Of a stretch of DNA of 64,000 nt, positions 46,334 through 59,247 are shown piece after piece. The notes under the pieces are model-generated. The model made no database searches and was not told where the DNA came from. It saw nothing but the letters and a program-made list of their open reading frames with translations. The stretch's first letter is position 1. The number at the start of each line of letters is the position of its first letter. This DNA is from Antedon mediterranea (Eukaryota > Animalia > Echinodermata), in contig NC_092675.1 of the NCBI RefSeq assembly GCF_964355755.1, positions 4,831,812 through 4,895,811 on the forward strand. The letters are read 5' to 3'. The position numbers and the translations under genes were made by a program.

Positions 46334-46744
46334 CAAAGAACTTATAACACAAGAATCTCCTGTTCTACCGAAGCGCGTAACAATTTCGAAAGGCATTGTG
46401 GGATAGAATAGAGCTAATGGGTGGCGCCATTGTGAGCCATGGATTAGGGCGCCCGCATCAAATTAGAAAGTCAAAATAATAGAGGGGATCTGCTAATACT
46501 CTAGGGGGGATAGAGTAATTGACTGAGGAGTAGGGCGCCCGCATCAAATTAGAAAGTCAAAATCATAGAGGGGATCTGCTAATACTCTAGGGGGGGTAGA
46601 GTAATTGACTTCCTAGTTTGGAGGGGGCGCTGCTCCATGCTGTGAAATGGCGTCGCCCAGTTTGACCTTTTAACCCTGTACTTCCGATACTGTGTTTTGA
46701 ATGCAAATTGAAGAACAGGAGATTCTTGTGTTATAAGTTCTTTG
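46334..46744. mobile_element. MITE with 33-bp TIR and internal direct repeat
   Basis: CAAAGAACTTATAACACAAGAATCTCCTGTTCT and its exact reverse complement; ~86-bp internal duplication (TAGGGCGCCCGCATC...). Confidence 0.9.
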
Positions 46745-46769
46745 ATTTACGTGTTTATTTAGCTATTTG

Positions 46770-46964
46770 AAAGCATGACCCACCCAAAGCATGACCCACC
46801 CAAAGCATGACCCACCCAAAGCATGACCCACCCAAAGCATGACCCACCCAAAGCATGACCCACCCAAAGCATGACCCACCCAAAGCATGACCCACCCAAA
46901 GCATGACCCACCCAAAGCATGACCCACCCAAAGCATGACCCACCCAAAGCATGACCCACCCAAA
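46770..46964. repeat. Perfect 16-bp minisatellite, 12 copies
   Basis: (AAAGCATGACCCACCC)n; explains the three repetitive ORFs in the track. Confidence 0.98.
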
Positions 46965-47574
46965 TCAACATTGAAAGAGCTGTCGTGCATTATTTACAAG
47001 TAGTCTGGTTCAATGTTTTAACAGTACGTGTAATAAATGATTAAAAACTCACGATGAAGCCTATATACAAAACAAATTAATATGAAAGATGTACGTTTGA
47101 TTACAACATGATTTTTTAATGTATTAAATGCTAATACATTGCAAATAAGGCTATACGTTCTTAATAACATCATACTTGTACACCAGCTCTTGATGAAAGC
47201 ATTTCTGAAAATAAATGTAATAGATATAGTATTATTACCCCGATCGAGTTAACAACAGCACCCTAGTGTGTGTAAACTTCTGAGTTTTGCTAGATAATGT
47301 GAATGGGTATATCAATGCAAAGTTTGAGTAGTGTAAATCAGAAAGAAAAGTGTCCCTGAGAGAATAGACAAAAATATTGAATGTAGACATTATTAATTTG
47401 AGACAGGGTTTTCAAGAAAATGTCTCTATAATAGGGTGTACCTTGGCTGTGAGGATGAAAAACATATTTCCACCCATTCGTTTCAGTGTTCTCTTAATAG
47501 AGATCCAACAGACGGGTTTCTATATATTGTATGTGTTCAATATACAAGAAACACACAAACTTACCATCATTAAA

Positions 47575-50500
47575 TCAATATTGCACTGGTGTTGCTTCAG
47601 GTACTCTCCTGACTTTCATAGAACTTTTTTGTTGCACTGAATTATTATTGTTAGAGGAGTGTTTTGATCTGCCAGATTGAGGAAAAGATCCATTTTGAGA
47701 GATTTGATCATGTGAATTATGTTCACTAAACGACGTCTGAGATCCCCTCCTGTTTTCTGAATGATTCGTGAACCAACGTTGACTACTATACATTGATGGC
47801 ATTTGTCCATCATGGTTCCGGGAACAGTACGAAGATAATATTGCTTGTTCTCTTGGTACGGGTATGCTAACGGTTTTGGCAGCTGCATACGCTGATGATA
47901 TCATTCCGGTGGATGCTGCAGGAAACTGTGAAGGCTTTGGTTTTTTTTCAGTACGAATAAAATTATGTCCTGTGAAACGGTACATAGATGAATACTCTGC
48001 ATCATTTGGCCCTGGGTACCTACAAAGTTGAACAAAGAATTTCAGTCGTTGCTGTGTTTTGATTTCAATTAAGCCATCATGCATAAAAGCTTTAATCTAA
48101 TTTATTTAAAAAAACTTACCAAGGGTTCTGGTACAAATGAGTATGCCTATTCTCATTCGCTCTTCGAAATTCGCCATTCTATAAGTCAATTAAATTATTA
48201 TTATTTTTTATTATTTTAAGTAGTAAATTTTATTAGTTTATATGTATGGGTATTGTTTTTGGGGTCTTTCTCGAGACAAGAAACGTTATTTCTTCTAGAG
48301 AAGACCCTAAGTGATGGTTTATAACCATGTTCATTTAAATACACACCTATGTTATACTGTACAATAATATGCCATTAATGGGCCTGTTTCTGCTGCATAG
48401 AAAATAACCGGTTAAAATCGGTGTGAATAAATTAAAATCAGTGTGAATAAATTAACTCCATTTTCTTAATCTTCTATTACCATTTAACAATAATAATAAA
48501 TATTACTTGAAAATAAAAAGTTTGTTATTACTACAGCAAATAACCTCATAATTGATCACAGTAAATTGTTTGATATCAATAATTTAAAATGCATTATTCA
48601 TAACAGAAAACAATTATGTACTGTACTATCAAATTATTACCTCCGTCAAGGAGGTTATATTTTCACCCCTGTATGTTTGTGTGTTTGTGCGTTTGTGTGT
48701 TTGTGTGTGTGTCTGTGAACAACCTGGAGGCCACAGTTTTTATCCGATTCTCACCAAATTTGGCCATAATAATCTATGCCCCAAAAGCTCGGACGAGTTC
48801 GAATTTGAGGGGAAAAGGTCATAGGTCAAGGTCATAGGTCACAACTAACAAAATACTATTTTACTGCCTAGAGACCGCGGTTTTTATCCGATTCTCACCA
48901 AACTTGGCCACAATGATCAATGACTCATCATATAATTTTGGTTAAATTTGAGCTATCCAATACCAAATTGGCGAGTAAATCATGTTTTACTTTAAATTAA
49001 ATTCATACGCTCTTCCACAAGGTCAACTGTTAGTTATACATACAGACTACAGTATATTAAAACAATGATCTTGAAGTTGAACACGTAGGGCATTTCTTTG
49101 AATTCTTTCCTATCGTCGTTTTGTGGTAATTTACAGCTTTTTTTATGTTTAACAAGCGTACATAATCAATTGCGTCTGCATCATGCCAGACTACAACTTC
49201 CGGTAGTGACGTAATCAGCACATTTTTGGTAATAAAACTTTTTCCCTAAGCTAGGGAATCTTCTGATATCAATATTCATTAGACCGTACTTTAGTTAGTC
49301 AATCAAAATAAATGTATACACAATTTTGCGGCGATGTTACATGTTGCTGAGTTAAAATATACTGTGTTTTACAATAACCAATTTGGTTAGAGTAAAACAC
49401 AATGATATAAAGAATAGGAAACATTTAATAATAATTATGATAAATTACATTTACATAGCAATTTAACACCGTGTTTTACTATAACCAATTTGGTTATAGT
49501 AAAACACAATGATATAGAATAGGAAACATTTAATAATATGATAAATTACATTTACATAGCAATTTATCACTGTGTTTTCTACAACCAATTTGATTAGAGT
49601 AAAACACAATGATATAAAATAGGAAACATTTAATAACATGATAAATGACATTTACATAGCAATTTAGCACTGTGTTTTACTATAACCAATTTGGTTATAG
49701 TAAAACACAATGATAATAGGAAACATTTAATAACATGATAAATGACATTTACATAGCAATTTATCACTGTGTTTTACTATAACCAATTTGGTTATAGTAA
49801 AACACAATGATATAGAATAGGAAACATTTAATAATATGATAAATGACATTTACATAGCAATATAGAATAGGAAACATTTAATAATATGATAAATGACATT
49901 TACATAGCAATTTAGCACTGTGTTTTACTATAACCAATTTGGTTAGAGTAAAACACAATGATAGGGAATAGGAAACATTTAATAATATGATAAATTACAT
50001 TTACATAGCAATTTAGCACTGTGTTTTACTATAACCAATTTGGTTATAGTAAATTCCAAATGGTTTTAATTCAATCAATGATGAAAATTACTACTTGGCC
50101 TACTAGTAAAGTAAATGATGATGTTAATAATGATGTTTATTATCTATTCTTTATCATTGTGTTTTACTCTAATCAAATTGGTTATAGTAAAACACAGTGC
50201 TAAATTGCTATGTAAATGTAATTTATCATGTTATTAAATGTTTCCTATTCTGTATCATTGTGTTTTACTCTAATCAAATTGGTTATAGCAAAGAATATAA
50301 ATAGGTAAAGAATCAACAGTACGCGCTGTTATACATAGAAGGATAGGAAACGCGGACGCTTATTCATGGACGCGTAAGAATCCAGCAGCCGAACGACGGC
50401 GGACTCTAGATATGGTTCCCGTCTAATCCCACGTTTCGATGGATCGTGATGATCTGATGTGTTCTTGCGTCTGTGCTCTACTAATTTTGATATTATTAAT

Positions 50501-52680
50501 ATTTTGATAATCATTTTGATAAATAATCATCGTTTGCATTTTTATAGATATTTACAATAAAAGTTTTACCTTACCCACGCCTGAAGGTGGCGCACTTCTT
50601 CTAGCGAAAAAGAAATGCGCCACCTTCAGGCGTAGGCAAATAGTAACCCGGATGTGGTTTACACCGCCAACGGAACTGTTGTATCTTCTCCTTTTATTAT
50701 CTTTGGTTATAGTAAAACACAGTGCTAAATTACTATGTAAATGTCATTTATCATATTATTAAATGTTTCCTATTCTTTATCATTGTGCTTTACTCTAATC
50801 AAATTGGTTATAGTAAAACACAGTGCTAAATTGCTATGTGGATGTTATTTATCATATTATTAAATGTTTCCTATTCTTTATCATTGCGTTTAATTCTAAC
50901 CAAATTGGTTATAGTAAAACACAGTGATAAATTGCTATGTAAATGTCATTTATCATATTATTAAATGTTTCCTATTCTTTATCATTGTATTTTACTCTAA
51001 CCAAATTGGTTATAATTTATTTCATTTCATTTCAAAAGACATTTAGCTAAATTGCTATGTAAATGTCATTTATCAAATTATTAAATGTTTCCTATTATTT
51101 ATCTGGTTATAATATAGTAAAACACTGTGCTAAATTGCTATTGTATTAAGGACGAGTTCCGAGAAGAAGTATTCAAAGCTACAACCAATCAGAACAGTGT
51201 TAATCAATATAATCCATGGCTACAACCAATCAGAAACGTCCAAATCGCAATAACCCCTAGGATAGAAATTATTGGTCCGAGTAGCCTTTTCAACCAGACG
51301 TTGCGAGGTTTAAAAGTAAAACATGATTTACTCGCCAGTTTGGTATAGTTTATATACCTTTTAATTTTGAATGGTCAGGGTCAAAGATCAAGGTCCAAAA
51401 AAAAAAAGAAATAAAAAAATAATAAAAAAAAATAAAAATCCTCAGCGGGACTTGAACCAGCGATCTCAACTGTGAGAGGCTGGATACATATAACCATTAC
51501 ACCAAACTCTCATCCACAACTTTGTAGTGTGCAGTTAGCCTTTTTACACTTAGAACTAATAAAAAAAAAAAAAAAAAAATATATATATTTTCCGGACACA
51601 TTTTATGTAGGGGAATTTTACAGTAGGCGGAGATTTGTACTCTCGGAGTACCCTCTAGTTTAATTGTTTATATTTTTATGTCTATGTTACTTTCTTCTTT
51701 TGTTATGATGCTGTCTGAAGATTCTGGAATGTGCTACAAAATATTTATGATGATTACTTATAAATATAAGTTCGCTTTCAATCAATTTAAAATATTGGAA
51801 AAAATAAATAGAAGACGATGTTTGTCCTTTTTACCTTTATTTGTTGTCGAGATGATACAGCTCTGTAGTCTTTGTACGGTGGAATCAACCACCCAATTTC
51901 ACCCACCCAACTTGTTTTCGGTCGAGGATGAGGTGTTTTTGGTGAAGCTCTCATAATATATTTAAGTTCGCTTGTACCTTCTGCAGACATAGTTCCAATT
52001 CCAACAAATCGATCGTCTGTTACTACATTAACTTTGTAGTCGCCTATCCCATCTGGACCTGTTGGTATAGGCTTACATTCATTTATATTCAGATATGCAT
52101 TCGTCTGGCTCAAAACACAGAGTAAAAATTAAAATAGCATGACTGCCACCTTGTCCTTGCTTGTATATTTAATAATCTATGACAGAGGTGATCAACTCTC
52201 AACCATACCATTTGAGAGTGTAGGCCTAGGCCTAGCTAGTAGTAATTAACATAAATCTTCTCTCCTCCAGGTGGCCTAACAGTACACCTTCCTACCTACT
52301 AGTTAGGCCTATATAGGCCTAGGCCTACTAGGGCCTAGCTAGGCTAACAATGTATACAAAATACAACTAAAACATAAAAATGTAGCCTACCAGTAGCCAG
52401 TTAGACTGCCTGCATGCTATAGGCCTATGCCCATTCATGCACGGGATATTTAAGAAGTGTAGAAGGCCTAGTGGAGCCTACTAGGCCTAGTTAGAATAGA
52501 TTGGCTAGTAGGGCCAGGCGCGCCTACTATAGGCCTCTAGTTAGTAGTAGTAAGTAGCTTACCGGTAAACAGTACTGCTCCCTTCCCCATCGGATTACTG
52601 CCAGTTGGAGTCTTCCAGGTAGCATCGGAATACGTAGAATTTCTAGTGTAAGATCTTCTTCTAGGTTTTACGTAAGCCAT
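47575..52680 (-). CDS. C4orf45/SPMIP2-like (DUF4562) sperm/ciliary microtubule inner protein, ~281 aa, 4 coding exons
   Basis: Exons 52680-52563, 52058-51835, 48178-48120, 48019-47575, all GT-AG and in frame. Motifs LFTGPDGIGDY, TSELKYIMR, VGEIGW, IKNGEFRRA, HLYQNPW match the family as I recall it. Confidence 0.85.
48634..51660 (+). mobile_element. Helentron/HINE-type non-autonomous element carrying nested insertions
   Basis: 5' TTATTACCTCCGTCAAGGAGG + (TGTT/TG)n; 3' GGCGGAG subterminal repeat, hairpin GTACTC-TCG-GAGTAC, end CTAGTT; tRNA-like segment on the minus strand at ~51440-51507. Confidence 0.75.
48961..51345. mobile_element. Nested TIR element containing an inverted ~109-bp satellite array
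   Basis: TIR TACCAAA(T/C)TGGCGAGTAAATCATGTTTTACTTT at both ends; forward units 49360-50052, reverse units 50145-50290 and 50700-51142. Confidence 0.8.
52220..52550. repeat. TAGGCCTA-rich tract in intron 1 of the C4orf45-like gene
   Basis: Dense AGGCCT/CCTAGG words next to exon 1. Confidence 0.7.
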
Positions 52681-53999
52681 GAGATTACTTCCTAATCATG
52701 CAGATCCTATAAACTAGATACCCCCGGAGATACTCTGGCAGCACACCACTACGTATACACGTGTTTGTTTACATTATAAAAGCGTCCCGTTACCACGGTC
52801 GTTGTTAACCAAATTTGCATAACATCACTGCCAACAAAACGGTACCGGTACGGCATTAGTGGTGCGTTGCTTTTGGTATTATAAATTAATTAATATAGGC
52901 CTAGCAATATTTTATGCAGACTTTTAACTTATTTAAATACATTTTTTGTAACAAAGACTATTTTGTTTTTTACATATTAATTATGGCTTAGGCTAAATGA
53001 CTAGTAAAGGTCGGGTCATAAACTCTAGTGTGATGCAGTTTTCCTGCTTATTGGAGAGAGGCCTATAAAGATCCAGATCCAGATAATTGGAGAATTTCGT
53101 AACAGAGTCCGTCAGATTGTAAACTAATATTGCTGCAAAGTTATTGCATAATAGGCCTATCACTAAAAAGTAATGACGTTGATTCGAATTTGTGCTTAAT
53201 TATTGGCTCAGAGAGTAGCCCTATGCCTAAAATCGAACGTTCGATTGGATTCAATTGAAACGTGAAATTATTTTCAAACGATGAAAATATTATGTTTAGT
53301 AAATTACTTTGTCAATCTTCTGTTACCGGTACTGATTTCCTTGAAAACATTATTAGGCCTATCGCTTTTATTATCGAAATCTATTAATATCAAGCCACAT
53401 CAAAATTATTATCCGATGCACGATTCCATTTATTGTGTGAACCGATCATTCGCAGAGAAGATAAGACAGGCCATAGTTTTGTATTGCCATGTCCACAGCA
53501 TGGTGAACAATTTCCTGCTGCTTTACAAACACAGAAAATTCACAATGGTTAACATAAACAAGTATATAAAACATATAATATAATTGATGTATGCTTTAAT
53601 GAATGTTTTTATTTTTGTTTCTATGTATGATGTAATGTGAATGTTTTGTTTGTTTTGCCATATCTTCTGTCGAGGAAAACAATTTTTCCATGTAGGCCTA
53701 CACATTTTAATATGGAACAAATACAGATTTGATTTGATTGAATTGATAAAAACGTAGAATTGACATGGCATACATAGATAAATAAAACATTATAAAATAA
53801 TCTCATTTTATTTACACACATGTGTTCCTACATTATTATAAAAGATCAAACAAACCAACATCATGGCTTTTATTCATATTGGTGTACCAACTATCAACGG
53901 AGTACATCCATGAAATTATTTCTCCATAAACAATTCTATAAACATAACAAAATATGCCTAATATACGCATAATATATTACATTTTACATACTAAATATA

Positions 54000-54932
54000 C
54001 TAAACATTGTTTAATGTTAAATGTGTGCTGCCTTGTTCTCCTCTATTTTTACAACATCCAGTCTGAAAAATGTTGATCACTTCAGTTCGGAACTGGGATA
54101 AAGAAATCGTATAAATAAATGGATTAAGAGAAAAATTTAATACCACCAAGTCCACTGCAACATATTTTCTAATCCCTTTACTCACAAAAATATCTCCATA
54201 TAGAAAAACAATAATTGGCACAAAGCACACTATATAGGCCGTGCTCACAGCTATGAACACTTTTAGTGTTTTTACGTGTATGGATGATGTCATTTGATTG
54301 CTTACATTATTTTTCATTTTAACCAATTCGAAAATGATTCTTGTATAAATAAGTACCAGTATTAATATAGTAGATATACATACAACTGGGATTATATTTG
54401 TTGTAATTTTTCTTGCTAACTCTTCCTTTTCCTCTCCATCATCATCATCACATTGGATATTTTGAGTTATAATCTTATATAACATAATTAGCATTGTTGG
54501 ATGACACAGAATACCAAGAATCCAAGCAGACACCATCATGATTACTGTTCGTTTTACTGTGTAATTAGTTTCAAACCAAAATGGCTTTATAATCGCGAAG
54601 TACCTCTCAACCGAAATAAATAATACATTTACACTAGATGCCGTCGAGAGTGTAAACGTCGCACTTTGAAACCATAGAGTAATTCTATTGTAAAAACAAT
54701 CAAAAGGGGAGAAAGGTAATAATGATAATACAAAGAAAAGTAAACATCCTGTCGCATCGATTAATGATTGGTTGAAAATAAACCAGCGTGTAGTTTTACG
54801 AATGAAAACAACTCGATTAATAATGAGAAGTACTACAATATTTACGATGAAACCAAGAACGGACAAGGCACAGCCGATGTTGATCAGTGACTCGACCACG
54901 CCCAAACTCTCTTCTGTAATGTTCGAAGCCAT
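54000..54932 (-). CDS. Intronless class A (rhodopsin-like) orphan GPCR, copy A, 310 aa
   Basis: Seven hydrophobic segments; GFIVN, FIFNQSLID, SVERYFAI, CFVP, NPFIY. Start placed at MASN because the upstream start in the track is GTG and is not shared with copy B. Confidence 0.93.
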   Translation of the reverse strand: MASNITEESLGVVESLINIGCALSVLGFIVNIVVLLIINRVVFIRKTTRWFIFNQSLIDATGCLLFFVLSLLPFSPFDCFYNRITLWFQSATFTLSTASSVNVLFISVERYFAIIKPFWFETNYTVKRTVIMMVSAWILGILCHPTMLIMLYKIITQNIQCDDDDGEEKEELARKITTNIIPVVCISTILILVLIYTRIIFELVKMKNNVSNQMTSSIHVKTLKVFIAVSTAYIVCFVPIIVFLYGDIFVSKGIRKYVAVDLVVLNFSLNPFIYTISLSQFRTEVINIFQTGCCKNRGEQGSTHLTLNNV

Positions 54933-55271
54933 CGTCAGAGAGTTTCCTTTGGCAAAAATCACATAGGCCTATAGATGCTAGGCTGAAACAACTCAGTCTG
55001 TCCAACACCTCTAACAAAGTTTCTGGCCTCCAACAAGTTGAATACAGTAACGGTGTATGTCTCAAAATCAGATCAACTTGAATTCATGGCATAAAAAAAC
55101 AGAGTCTGGGTATACAAGATAATAGCGCAATGTGCACTCATCAGTCATCCATCCATGATTTAGAAAGTCGAACTTTAAACTTTTCTCAGAAAAAACAGCA
55201 GCAAGAGTAGCAACTGTACATCGAATTATTTTCTGATTCCAATCACCTTTATAGTTTCGAGTGCTTAAAAA

Positions 55272-55305
55272 ATACTGAAGTTCGTCTGCACTCAAGTTTT
55301 ATATC
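55272..55305 (-). promoter_or_regulatory. Candidate TATA + Inr core promoter of GPCR A (identical at 60544-60577 for GPCR B)
   Basis: Minus strand TATAAAA 27 nt before the A of TCAGT, ~340 nt upstream of the ATG. Confidence 0.45.
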
Positions 55306-56343
55306 CACTGCAGGAAATAGCCCATCTTCCGAATGGATACAACTATGACCCGGTACCAACACGATTGTAAATTAAAGCATGTCTCAAGCATGTATATTCT
55401 TACAAAACCATCATTGTTCAGACAGAAAACTATTTGGACTGTTTACAAACGTGCTATAAATATTTCCAAGCGACGAAAATATTAACCTTGGTTAAACAAA
55501 AAACTGAATAAGAATACATTGTTATTTCCTTGTAAAAATATTACCGATTTTGATTACCGCAATGATAAGAACATTTTGAGCACGTACTGATATTTGTGAA
55601 TCACAACAAAATGAAACTAACATTCACTATGTTCGCCAACGATTTGGTTGGAATACATTGTCCACTGAGATTTCATAAAAGAGACTCACAAATTGTCCTT
55701 ACAAAAATTTAAATATAAAATTACAAGGGAATGAGTCTGCTGTCAATATTTACCTACAGTTTACCAAAGACACATGGTTGCACATTACTATCAACAAATA
55801 ATGTTAATAACATAATAAGGTAAACTATATTAATATTGAATATTCATGTATGTAGTTCGCAAATCGCTACATAATTATGTATACCGTATACGAATTAAGA
55901 TATTTCAGTTGCATGAGATATTATTGTCTTTTTGAACCAATATCCTGATATTTTGGTGTATCCATGAAATGATTTGCACGTGATGTAGCATAGTAATCCC
56001 AATAGATGACATTGTATACAAATAATAAAACGATAAGAACAAAAAATCATAGTTATTGAATCTAGAAGAATTATACAATAGTTGAAATAGTTTGGACCGT
56101 ACAAAAAATAATATTAAATGACTAAATTAGACATAAAATATGTTTTAAATATACATAAATTGTACCAATAAGATAGTTTCATGAATTGTACCAATAAATG
56201 AAAACAATCTCTCTGTATGATGCATCCCAAACGAATGATAGTGTATCCATGAAAATGACAAGGTGTTATCCATGATATCACATGGTGCTATCCATGGAAT
56301 GACATGGTGTATTCCTGGAATACTATTATGGTAATGTATATCC

Positions 56344-57692
56344 CTATGGAATAACGTGGTGCTTCAGAGTAATGTGGGCGTGGTGCTCAGGAATAATAAT
56401 ACCAACAGCAGCCAATAATAACATATTGCAGGCTGTGACTATGAACACTATTATCAACACCTACACTCACACCTACACTCATTCTATACATAGTCGTTTT
56501 AGCTTTCTGTTTTTCCTCCTCTGGTAAACTCGAAAACGTAGGCTTTTGTATATTCTATAAGAAGACAGGTACAAAATACTGCAACTATGTGTGTCTAAAC
56601 AAAATCATAACTATAATAAGTCTATACATTTTCAATTGAAAAAGACGCTTACATACCGTGATATAGTAATTCAGATAAGAGTAAATGTAATATTGGTTAA
56701 TTTAGCATCCAGGATGTTGGGAAAGTCCCGGAAAAAATAGAAATTTTGGGTTCTCCCAATACCCCCATGAGACGATTTCGCTTTAAAAAAATTAAGAGGA
56801 GGGTAGGCTCCTCCACATCCATTGTGTATAGATGTATTTTTGAGAGTATAGTATACGCTAACTTTTATTCTGATAGTAGTAGGCCTAATAGAAACAAATT
56901 ATGACACAATACGTTAGATAATTACACCTACGTTGTGTTTAACGGTTTTCACAATAAACAGGATGCCATGTGGACGCCAACTGAGTAACGAGCCAAGCCA
57001 AGCATTGTTGAAATGGCATAGAAAAGCCAAACTCTATCCATTTGAAGTTTGTAGAAAAGGACAATGATGTTGACTGTTTCTGTTATACCTAATCCCTCTA
57101 GTGTTCCTGCAGCAATAATATCAAAACTCCATAGTTGTTCAACTTCCTGTTAATAAAACGAATGCTATTTTTCTTTACAATAAAAAAAAACCCAATGTTT
57201 CGGAACCATCATACCATTTTAAGAAACAAAAATTATCATTTGAGGGCAATGGGTTTCCTTTGAATGTAACTGTTTATTTTGTAATTTTTATAAGCGAAAT
57301 CATCATGTTTTGGCAAAAGTGAATGACTTTCTCTAAAAAAACAACAAAATTACATTATTCAAAATTTAATTTTGTAGGCCTACATCTTTTAGTTTTGTTC
57401 ATAACTTGGGAATCAACGTCTTGCATGATTTACCAGGACCGAACAGCCAAGTTAATAATTTTTCTCCCATTTAATTATGTTTATCATCATTGAAATTAAT
57501 AACATCTTCATCAGGAAAAGATTGAAGTTCTTGCACAATCACATCACAAGGCTTGATATCAATATAGGCATAGGATTGACTATATGTTGTTATTATTAGA
57601 TTAGGCCTATGCCTTACCTTAATACCCTGTTTTGAAGTAGATATCAGACCTTCTTTTTCTTTGGCGACATATTCAGCACTTCTTTGAGGCAT
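56344..57692 (-). pseudogene. Frameshifted copy of the Ninjurin-like gene
   Basis: Exons 57692-57618, 57146-56932 (215 nt versus 213) and 56554-56344 (211 versus 201). Splice sites are retained but indels give a premature TGA in exon 2 and a second shift in exon 3. Confidence 0.8.
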
Positions 57693-59247
57693 TTTTGTAT
57701 TTTATAGTTTTTATATTATTATGGCTATTTTAAATTTCTTTAAATACCAACATAAATACCAGCAAAATATACATAATTCTGAGGTAAGAACTTTGTTAAA
57801 TATTAACCATTTACAAATGGACACTCAGTAAAGCCGTTTCTATCAGTAAGATAACATCAACCAACTTTTTGACAGGACAAATTAATTAATTATTAGATTA
57901 ATCTTCGCATGACATCAATTAATAATTTATGAGATTACCAACAAGTATCATTTTAATTAGTCTCAATGATTCTAATAGCAATAGCATAGCGCAATTAACT
58001 TTTACCTCACATCCCTTTACAAAAAACAATTATAGATAAGGAGCACAGACAGTGATTAAAACTAAAACACTAATGAATGGTTGCTAACGTTTATGTTTTG
58101 TGGACCGAATTTCTTATTATTCGTTGAGAAGTCAGTCGTTATATTTGATCACAACTTAATTAGGATTTATGGTAAGAAATTGCTGATTTACATTTACATT
58201 CTAGGCCTTTATTGTTTTTCTACATCCAGTATACTTGAATCGGAAATGTTGGGGGAATGACTTATAGCAATCAATAAAAAAATTAAAATCTTAAGCAACA
58301 TCTTTTTACTCCTTCTTTTGGTATGATAGGATAGACAGATGCCTTTTTCACTCGAGCTGATGTGAATACTGTTCCGGCGAGCTCTCCTATGAGAGCTTCA
58401 AAGTGCTGGAGAACGGAGCGGTGTAAAAGGTTCCTCTGTTTTTCATTTTTTGATTATCTTAGGATATTTTATGGATCGTATTTTGTGTATGTAAAGCGTT
58501 TAGAAACATGGTATTAGACGCTATGTAAGACTACTTTTATTATATTACTATTATGCATCTATAGTTTATTGAATATCACGAGAAATACATTGTGCTTAAA
58601 TCATTTTATTCCAATCTGATTATTAAATTAGACCAAATATCACCAATTGATTTATATGAGCTGTACAGTACACGTGGTTTTCTCGAATCAAAACGAATCA
58701 ATGACGACGGAGCCTATATAATCGCAAAACTTGTTGACTCAATAATGATTATAGCCAGTGTAATTTCAGTGTAATACGTGTAAATAATTCAAAAATTATA
58801 TTGAATAATTCATACTTAATGCACTAATTATAAAATAATAGACAACAAGAACTTCTATTAAGAGGACACCACCGAGACCCCAAAAGAGTGTCCCCTTAGT
58901 AAGGGTGTACCTTGAAAGGGGTTGTTAAAATATACTTCGCCCTTTTCATTTCATGGAAACGTGTCCCCTTAATAGAAGTTTCTCCTGAATATAGGTGTCA
59001 TAAAGGAGGAGTTCTATTGTAATATAATCACCAAAGTAATGTTATTGAATCGAATAGTGTATAATGTTGGTAATGGCTTATTCAAGAGTGCTTAATATAT
59101 TTGCAGTTTTTCCGTATTTTATATTTTGTGTGTTATTTACTAAACTCTATGGGCGTACCTCCACGGTAATGCAACTCCACAAGAAAATAAAAGAGGTCGA
59201 ATAGGCCTATTGGTATAATTGTCACTTGATAATTAAGGATAAATATA

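Noticed and set aside
46521-46560. CTGAGGA...GAAAGTC as a third hammerhead
   Set aside because: No stem II or stem I can form; it is a junction of the MITE internal repeat.
46755-46990. Three ORFs of GHALGGSCFGWVMLWV repeats
   Set aside because: Artefact of a stop-free 16-bp repeat.
51440-51507. tRNA gene on the minus strand
   Set aside because: A and B boxes are present but acceptor and anticodon stems are poor, and it lies inside a mobile element.
55068-55295. 75-aa ORF identical in both duplicates (also 60340-60567)
   Set aside because: TTG start, no domain features, and its identity simply reflects the identical DNA tract.
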